Shown one piece after another: positions 57,995-64,000 of a DNA stretch of 64,000 nucleotides. The position numbers and the translations under genes were made by a program. Numbering within the stretch: the stretch's first letter is position 1; every line of letters begins with the position of its first letter. This stretch comes from Gemmatimonadales bacterium. Its GTDB lineage: Bacteria > Gemmatimonadota > Gemmatimonadetes > Gemmatimonadales > GWC2-71-9. The stretch lies in NCBI GenBank assembly GCA_038321865.1, contig JBBQFH010000011.1:4137-68136 (forward strand), given 5' to 3'. Below the pieces are notes generated by a model. The model was not told the DNA's origin. It worked only from the letters and a program-made list of their open reading frames with translations, and made no database searches.

Positions 57995-58836
57995 AGCGTC
58001 GCGTCGCGCTGGTCATCGGGGCCGGCTCGGTCAAGTGCGCCGCCGCCCTGGGGCTCTGGCGGACGCTCGTCCATCACGGGATCGAGCTCGACATGGTAGT
58101 GGGCTGCAGCGGCGGCAGCCTGTATGCCGCCGTGATGGCTCTGGGCTACGACGTCGAGACCTGTGAGCGGCTGACCCGGGAGCTCTGGACCCGGAAGGTG
58201 ACCGAGGAGCGGAACACCCGGGGCATTCTCGCCGCGATCTTTCCCCGGACCTTCGGGTTCGACGGCAAGTTCGGCATGGTGCACGACCGGGCCATGGGGC
58301 GCGCGCTGGCCAAGCCGTTCGGCGGCCGCACCTTCGAGGAGGCGACGATTCCGCTGCACATCGTCGCCACCGACCTCGGCAACGGCCAGAAGGTCGTGCT
58401 CAGCTCGGGAAGCGTGTTCGATGCGGTGCGCGCCAGCATCGCGATTCCGTATGTCTGGCGCCCGTGGGAGGTGAACGGCCGCTGGCTGCTCGACGGCTGC
58501 ATGTCGGATCCGCTGCCGGTGGATGTCGCGATGCGGGAAGGCGCCGACATCATCCTGGCCATGGGATTCGAGAGTCCCTATCCCCGTCAGGTGAAGTCGG
58601 CGACGCGCTACGCCTTCCAGGTGAACAGCATCTACACCAACAACCTCCTGCGCGCCAACTTCGCCTTCCACAATCTGGCGCACCACACCGAGATCATCCC
58701 CATCCTGCCGGAGTTCGATCGCAACATCGGCCTCTTCAGCACCGACCAGTTTCCCTACGTCATCGAGCAGGGCGCGCTCGCCACGGAGGCGCAGATCCCG
58801 TATCTCCAGCGCCTGCTGGCCGGCGCGACCAGCTAG
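57991..58836 (+). CDS. Patatin-like phospholipase/esterase
   Basis: ALVIGAGSVK, GCSGG nucleophile, VATDL, RASIAIP, LLDGC; GTGA overlap. Confidence 0.88.
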   Translation: MKRRVALVIGAGSVKCAAALGLWRTLVHHGIELDMVVGCSGGSLYAAVMALGYDVETCERLTRELWTRKVTEERNTRGILAAIFPRTFGFDGKFGMVHDRAMGRALAKPFGGRTFEEATIPLHIVATDLGNGQKVVLSSGSVFDAVRASIAIPYVWRPWEVNGRWLLDGCMSDPLPVDVAMREGADIILAMGFESPYPRQVKSATRYAFQVNSIYTNNLLRANFAFHNLAHHTEIIPILPEFDRNIGLFSTDQFPYVIEQGALATEAQIPYLQRLLAGATS

Positions 58837-58848
58837 CGGCACCCCGGC

Positions 58849-60018
58849 ATGACGACCAACGGCGGCGGGCGGATCCTGGTGGTGGACGACAACGAGTCGA
58901 ACCGCGACATGCTGTCGCGCCGGCTCGCGCGCCAGGGCTACGGCGTCCAGCTGGCGAGCGGCGGCCGCGAGGCGCTCGACCGCCTGGGTGCGGAGCCGTT
59001 CGACCTCGTCCTGCTCGACATCATGATGCCCGACATGAACGGCTACGAGGTGCTCGAGCGGCTCAAGGCCGATCCGGCGCTGCAGCACATCCCGGTCATC
59101 ATGATCACCGCCATGACCGAGATGGACAGCGTGGTGCGCTGCATCGAGATGGGCGCCGAGGATCACCTGCCGAAGCCGTTCAACGCGACGCTGCTGCGGG
59201 CCCGGGTGGATGCGAGTCTCTCGAGGAAGCGGCTGCGCGACCGCGAGCAGCTTCACGCGAAGAGCATGGAACGGGAGCTCGAGATCGGCCGCAACATCCA
59301 GCGGGGATTCCTGCCGTCGGAGCTGCCGTCCGCCGCCGGATGGGAAATCGCCGCGCGCTTCCGGCCGGCGCGGCAGGTCGCCGGCGACTTCTACGACGTC
59401 TTCGCGCTGACGGACGACGGCCGGATCGCGCTGGTCGTGTCCGACGTGTGCGACAAGGGCGTGGGTGCGGCCCTGTTCATGGCGGTGTTCCGGAGCCTGC
59501 TCCGGGTGCTCCTGCGGGAATCCTACGCGGCCGCACCGGGCCGAAGCGATGCCGAGCACATCCCCCACGCCATCCGGGTATTGAGCGACTACAACGCCCG
59601 CACCCACGCCGACGCCAACATGTTCGCAACGGTGTTCTTCGGCGTGCTCGATCCGGCTACCAACACCCTCACCTACGTCAACGCGGGGCACGACGCCCCC
59701 GCCGTGCTGCGGCACGGATCGGTGGCCCGGCGGCTCGACCCGACGGGGCCGGCCGTCGGGCTGTTGCCCGGCCTCGAGTTCGCGGCCGCCCAGGTGGTGC
59801 TCGAGCCGGGCGACACGCTGCTCGCCTTCACCGACGGCGTCTCCGACGCGCGCGGCGCCGACGGCGCCTTCTATGGTGAGCCGCGCCTCTTCGCGGCGGC
59901 CGGCGGGGCCGGGACGGCGGCCGAGCTGCTGGACCGGATCGACGCCGACCTCGACGCGCATACCATGGGCGCGGTGCCCTACGACGACATCACCCTCCTC
60001 GCCGTGAGGCGCCAATGA
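58849..60018 (+). CDS. REC-PP2C (SpoIIE/RsbU-like) phosphatase
   Basis: REC (VVDD, LDIMMP, KPF) plus VAGDFYD, DVCDKG, NAGH, FTDGV, DDIT. Confidence 0.93.
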   Translation: MTTNGGGRILVVDDNESNRDMLSRRLARQGYGVQLASGGREALDRLGAEPFDLVLLDIMMPDMNGYEVLERLKADPALQHIPVIMITAMTEMDSVVRCIEMGAEDHLPKPFNATLLRARVDASLSRKRLRDREQLHAKSMERELEIGRNIQRGFLPSELPSAAGWEIAARFRPARQVAGDFYDVFALTDDGRIALVVSDVCDKGVGAALFMAVFRSLLRVLLRESYAAAPGRSDAEHIPHAIRVLSDYNARTHADANMFATVFFGVLDPATNTLTYVNAGHDAPAVLRHGSVARRLDPTGPAVGLLPGLEFAAAQVVLEPGDTLLAFTDGVSDARGADGAFYGEPRLFAAAGGAGTAAELLDRIDADLDAHTMGAVPYDDITLLAVRRQ

Positions 60019-61466
60019 CGATCCTGCATCGGCCCGACGACTGGCCGCGGCTGCATCCAACGGTCGGGCTCGACTACACCGTCCGGTTTTCCGTCTACCC
60101 GCTGTTCGGTGCGCTGTACTGGTCCCAGGTGCACGTGACCGGAATGTCGCCGTGGCTCTGGGCGTACGTCATCGGCTATTCCCTCATCTATCCGCACATC
60201 GCCTATCTCATGGCGGTCCGGAGCCGGAACAGCAAGCGCGCCGAGCTGCGGAACCTGGCGTTCGATTCCTTCGTCATCGGCACCTGGCTGCCGATCCTGT
60301 CCTTCGGCTTCTGGCCCAGCGTCGTGGGCCTGTACGGCGTGCACGCCGGCAACCTCAGCGTCGGCGGACTGCGCTTCGCCGTGCGCAACATGCTGGTGAT
60401 GATCGCCGGCATCGTGGTGATGGGTGCGGTGATCGGGTTCCGGGTGCACCCGGATTCGAGCCTGCTCACCACCGTGATCGCTATGTTCAGCATCTTCGTC
60501 TACATCTCGGTCTACGCGCTCCACTCGCATCTCCAGTCCAAGCGCGTGGTGCACGGGATGAAGCAGATCGGCGACCAGAAGACGCAGATCGAGGAGAAGC
60601 AGGCGCTGCTGCAGGAACGGTCCGACGCGCTGCAGCAGGCCAAGGTGACCGCCGAAGACGCCAAGCGTGCCGCCGAAGATGCCAACCGTGCCAAGAGCCG
60701 CTTCCTGGCCAACATGAGCCACGAGCTCCGGACGCCGCTCAACGCCATCATCGGCTACTCGGAGATGCTGATCGAGGAGAGCGAGGATCTCGGCGTCACC
60801 CAGCTCAAGCCCGACCTCGACAAGATCCGCAACGCCGGGCACCACCTGCTGGGGCTCATCAACGAGGTGCTCGACCTGTCCAAGATCGAGGCCGGCAAGA
60901 TGGATCTCTTCGTCGAGCCGTTCGACGTGACCGCGCTGCTGCACGAGGTGGCCTCCACCGTTCGCCCCATCATGGCCGCGCGTGGGAACACCCTCGAGGT
61001 GCGCGTCGCGCCCATGCTCGGCTCCATGCGCGCGGACCTGACCAAGGTCCGCCAGATCCTGCTGAACCTCCTGTCGAACGCGTCGAAGTTCACCGAGAAC
61101 GGGCCGATCGTGCTCGCAGTGGCCCGGCTGCGGGGGCCCCATCCCGACGCCGACTGCGTGGCCTTCGAGGTGATCGATTCGGGGATCGGCATGAGCGCCG
61201 AGCAGATGGCACGGCTGTTTCAGCCCTTCGTGCAGGCCGACGCCTCGACGACGCGGAAGTACGGCGGCACCGGGCTCGGTCTCACGATCACGAAGCGCTT
61301 CTGCGAGATGATGGGCGGCACGATCCGGGTCGCGAGCGAGTTGAAGAAGGGGACGACGTTCACCGCCACCCTGCCCGCTGCCGTGCTGGAGGCCCACTCC
61401 TCGGCCACCGGCACCTTCGCGGTCTTCACCACCGCGGACGTGCCCCGACCTGAACCAGTGGTCTAG
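60015..61466 (+). CDS. MASE2-like membrane sensor histidine kinase
   Basis: YPHIAYL...RS....AE..NL..D....G.W (MASE2-like); [39 protein letters not shown]. Confidence 0.88.
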   Translation: MTILHRPDDWPRLHPTVGLDYTVRFSVYPLFGALYWSQVHVTGMSPWLWAYVIGYSLIYPHIAYLMAVRSRNSKRAELRNLAFDSFVIGTWLPILSFGFWPSVVGLYGVHAGNLSVGGLRFAVRNMLVMIAGIVVMGAVIGFRVHPDSSLLTTVIAMFSIFVYISVYALHSHLQSKRVVHGMKQIGDQKTQIEEKQALLQERSDALQQAKVTAEDAKRAAEDANRAKSRFLANMSHELRTPLNAIIGYSEMLIEESEDLGVTQLKPDLDKIRNAGHHLLGLINEVLDLSKIEAGKMDLFVEPFDVTALLHEVASTVRPIMAARGNTLEVRVAPMLGSMRADLTKVRQILLNLLSNASKFTENGPIVLAVARLRGPHPDADCVAFEVIDSGIGMSAEQMARLFQPFVQADASTTRKYGGTGLGLTITKRFCEMMGGTIRVASELKKGTTFTATLPAAVLEAHSSATGTFAVFTTADVPRPEPVV

Positions 61467-62005
61467 TGCGCCGGCCGGCGGGTGTACCGGCCGTCCCACG
61501 CCACCTGCCACGTCCCGCCGGCGTCGGTCGAGGTCTCCCAGAACTGGCGAACCGTCCCATCGCCGTTCTTGGTAAAGGCGAGCCGGTGCTGCATGACGAC
61601 GCCGTCGGGCCGGCGGGTCTGGCCCGTGAAGGTGAGGGTGCTGTCACGGAAGTCGCCGGCGAGATCGAGCACCCCGCCGCTGTTGGACACCCAGACCTGG
61701 TGCCACCGCCGATCGAGCCGGTTGTAGAAGTTGAAGCTTTGGCCGGTCTCGGCCCGTACGCTCTTCCAGTGCTCGTGCACCAGGCAGCCGTCCTCCTCGG
61801 CGGTGACGTCGTTGGTGCCGGCGTGACCGGCGGGTATCGCCACATCCCACGAGCCGACCCAGAAGTCGAACTGATGGAATTCCGCCGCCGAGCAGTTGGG
61901 CGGCGCCGGCGGGCCCTTGGCTGCGGGCTGCTGCGCGGCGGCGGCTAGGGGCGCGGCGGCGAGCGCGACGACAAGGACGGACCGGACGACGTTCCGATGT
62001 GACAT
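61463..62005 (-). CDS. Exported protein of unknown function (DUF1579-like)
   Basis: Signal peptide; C....FHQFDFWVGSW, WHQVWV, VRQFWETSTD; AAGGAG RBS. Confidence 0.78.
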   Translation of the reverse strand: MSHRNVVRSVLVVALAAAPLAAAAQQPAAKGPPAPPNCSAAEFHQFDFWVGSWDVAIPAGHAGTNDVTAEEDGCLVHEHWKSVRAETGQSFNFYNRLDRRWHQVWVSNSGGVLDLAGDFRDSTLTFTGQTRRPDGVVMQHRLAFTKNGDGTVRQFWETSTDAGGTWQVAWDGRYTRRPAH

Positions 62006-62097
62006 GACGGCTCCTTGGGACGGGGGTAATGCCGGATATGCTCACGACGTACGATGCCCACTCGATGTGTCACTGCCTCCAGCCTGCGGGAGTGTCC

Positions 62098-63768
62098 ATG
62101 CACGCGATACGTGGTCGAATGGCGATCGTGCTGTTGCTGGCTGCAACGATGGCTGCGCCGCTCTGGTCGCAGTCGCGCGGCCGGACCAGCACCGCCATCA
62201 CGGCGTCCGATCTCCGCACCAGGCTCTTTCTCATCGCCGACGATTCGATGCAGGGGCGTGAGCCGGGCGGCATCGGCGACTACAAGACCGCCGACTACGT
62301 CGCCGCCGAGTTCCGGCGCCTGGGCCTCGAGCCGGCGGGTGAGCATGGCACCTATTTCCAGGACGTGCCGTTCTTTCGCGTCATGGCCGATTCCGCCACG
62401 CGTATCGTCGCGGGGGGGACGACGCTGGTCAACGGACGGGATCTGCTCCTGACGGGGGCCCCCGGACCGGTGCGGCCACTGGAGCACCTCGTGTCCGTGT
62501 ACGGCGGACCGATCAACGACAGCACGCACTGGGCGCCGGCGGAATCGTTGGCGGGACGGGCCGTGGTGTTCAGCATCGCAGCCGGACCGGACGGTGTCCG
62601 CTCCGCGCGCGGCTTCGGCCTCATGCTGCGGAATCCGCGGTTCGCCCATGTCGCGCTGATCGCGGTGGCGGGACTCGATCTCTTCGGCGCCGAGACCATC
62701 GCGGCCATCAGCGGCGGCCGGCTCGTAATGGACACGACCCGAGTTCCGACGGCCACTCCCTTCCTCATGGTGACGCCGGCCGCCGCGGACGCGATGCTCG
62801 GACGCCCGCTCGCGGCGGCGGTGCCGGGGCAGGCGGGCCAGGAGATCGGCGGAGTCGTCGGGTTTGCCGCGACGCGGCTCGCCTATCCGGCCCGGAACGT
62901 CATCGCCGTGCTGCGCGGCAGGGATCCGGTGCTGCGCAACCAGTACGTCTCGCTCACCGCGCACAACGATCATGTCGGCTTCGATCACCTCCCGGTGGAT
63001 CACGATTCGCTCCGGGCGTTCGACCGCGTGGTGCGGCCCATGGGGGCGGACAGCCGGCCGAGGGCCGCCACGGCGGACGAAGCCTCGCGCGTGCGAGCCA
63101 TCCTCGACAGTCTCCGGCGCCTCCGTCCCGCGCGGCTCGACTCGATACGCAACGGCGCCGATGACGACGGCAGCGGCACCGCATCCATTCTGGAAATTGC
63201 CGAGCGGATGGCGAGTGAACGGAAGCTGCTGAAGCGCTCGATTCTCTTCGTCTCCCACACCGGAGAGGAGAGCGGGCTGGTGGGGTCGGGCTGGTTTACC
63301 GACCACCCGACGGTGCCGCGCGACTCCATCGTCGCCGAGATCGACCAGGACATGGTGGGACGCGGCACGGCGCAGGATCTGCCCGGCGGCGGGCCGACCT
63401 ATCTCGAGGTGGTGGGCGCCCGGCGCCTGTCGCGGGAGTTCGGTGACCTGCTGGAGGCCGGCAACGCTGCACAGCCGAAGCCGTTCGTGTTCAACTACAC
63501 CTACGACGCGCCCAACCACCCGCTGCAGTATTACTGCCGCGCGGATCACTACAACTACGCCCGCTATTCCATTCCGGCGGTGGCGTTCTCACGGGGCGAG
63601 CACCTGGACTACCATCAGGTGACCGACGAAGCGCAGTACATCGATTACGAGGACATGGCGCGGGTGTCGAACATGGTCCACGATGCCGCACTGCGCATCG
63701 CCAATCTGGGCCATCGTCCGCGGCTTGATGCGCCCAAAGCCGATCCGCATGCAGTCTGCCGGCAGTAG
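62098..63768 (+). CDS. M28 family metallopeptidase, exported
   Basis: ADDSMQGR, TAHNDHVG, NGADDDGSG, GEESGL, DQDMVGR, RADH, YHQVTDE. Confidence 0.92.
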   Translation: MHAIRGRMAIVLLLAATMAAPLWSQSRGRTSTAITASDLRTRLFLIADDSMQGREPGGIGDYKTADYVAAEFRRLGLEPAGEHGTYFQDVPFFRVMADSATRIVAGGTTLVNGRDLLLTGAPGPVRPLEHLVSVYGGPINDSTHWAPAESLAGRAVVFSIAAGPDGVRSARGFGLMLRNPRFAHVALIAVAGLDLFGAETIAAISGGRLVMDTTRVPTATPFLMVTPAAADAMLGRPLAAAVPGQAGQEIGGVVGFAATRLAYPARNVIAVLRGRDPVLRNQYVSLTAHNDHVGFDHLPVDHDSLRAFDRVVRPMGADSRPRAATADEASRVRAILDSLRRLRPARLDSIRNGADDDGSGTASILEIAERMASERKLLKRSILFVSHTGEESGLVGSGWFTDHPTVPRDSIVAEIDQDMVGRGTAQDLPGGGPTYLEVVGARRLSREFGDLLEAGNAAQPKPFVFNYTYDAPNHPLQYYCRADHYNYARYSIPAVAFSRGEHLDYHQVTDEAQYIDYEDMARVSNMVHDAALRIANLGHRPRLDAPKADPHAVCRQ

Positions 63769-63789
63769 TGCCGGCCCGATCCGCCGGGC

Positions 63790-64000
63790 TCAGCGGAACT
63801 GGTCCAGCCGGCTCCGGATCCGCGGGAGCAGCTCGTCCGCCCGGAAGGGCTTCGGGATGAAGTCCGCGCCCTGGGCCAGCAGTCCCCGGCGCATGACCTC
63901 GTCACTGGTGTAGCCGGAGGTGTAGACCACGGGAAGCGTGGGATCGAGCTCCGCCAGCGCCTCCCCGAGCGCCCGCCCTCCCTGGCTGGGCATCACCACG
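63790..64000 (-). CDS. C-terminal receiver domain of a hybrid kinase/response regulator (partial)
   Basis: VVMP...VYTSGY...FIPKPF; continues beyond the right edge. Confidence 0.8.
   Translation of the reverse strand, partial: VVMPSQGGRALGEALAELDPTLPVVYTSGYTSDEVMRRGLLAQGADFIPKPFRADELLPRIRSRLDQFR

Noticed and set aside
57991..58836. Patatin as a CBASS CapV-type anti-phage effector
   Set aside because: No CD-NTase or other defence genes nearby; the context is two-component and partner-switch signalling
1..64000. CRISPR arrays, tRNA/rRNA, IS elements, prophage, riboswitches
   Set aside because: No regularly spaced repeats, cloverleafs, transposase/integrase or phage motifs seen by eye; small ncRNAs cannot be excluded without a covariance-model search

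Overview
A GC-rich (~70%), gene-dense bacterial chromosomal window with about 58 CDS and no recognisable rRNA, tRNA, CRISPR, transposase or phage genes. The gene style (Hanks kinase-TolB_N-TPR proteins, PEP-CTERM protein, M28 peptidases, PAS/GAF hybrid kinases) suggests a Gemmatimonadota-like organism; this is an inference. Recognisable content: HMA/DUF305/LVIVD genes, GH3, GH27 and DUF6067-like glycosidases, gamma-glutamyltransferase, an HxlR-led tripartite RND pump plus MFS, sthA, aceA, an MhqR-like MarR with two ring-cleaving dioxygenases, an SSS transporter and several cupredoxins. Best candidates for undescribed systems: (1) a tightly coupled REC / RsbW / STAS / patatin / REC-PP2C / MASE2-histidine kinase partner-switch operon with no sigma factor (56.8-61.5 kb); (2) a His/Cys-rich BNR propeller coupled to an orphan ubiquitin-like MoaD/ThiS protein (25.0-26.4 kb); (3) a cupredoxin / Ig-stalked cupredoxin / putative barrel / YceI cluster (40.4-43.8 kb); (4) a DUF4331 split into two separately exported halves behind an ECF-like promoter (31.7-34.5 kb); (5) a perfect 20-bp operator between the marR quinone-stress operon and aceA. 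A PEP-CTERM gene appears to start at ATC. All family calls come from motif recognition by eye, with no database searches.
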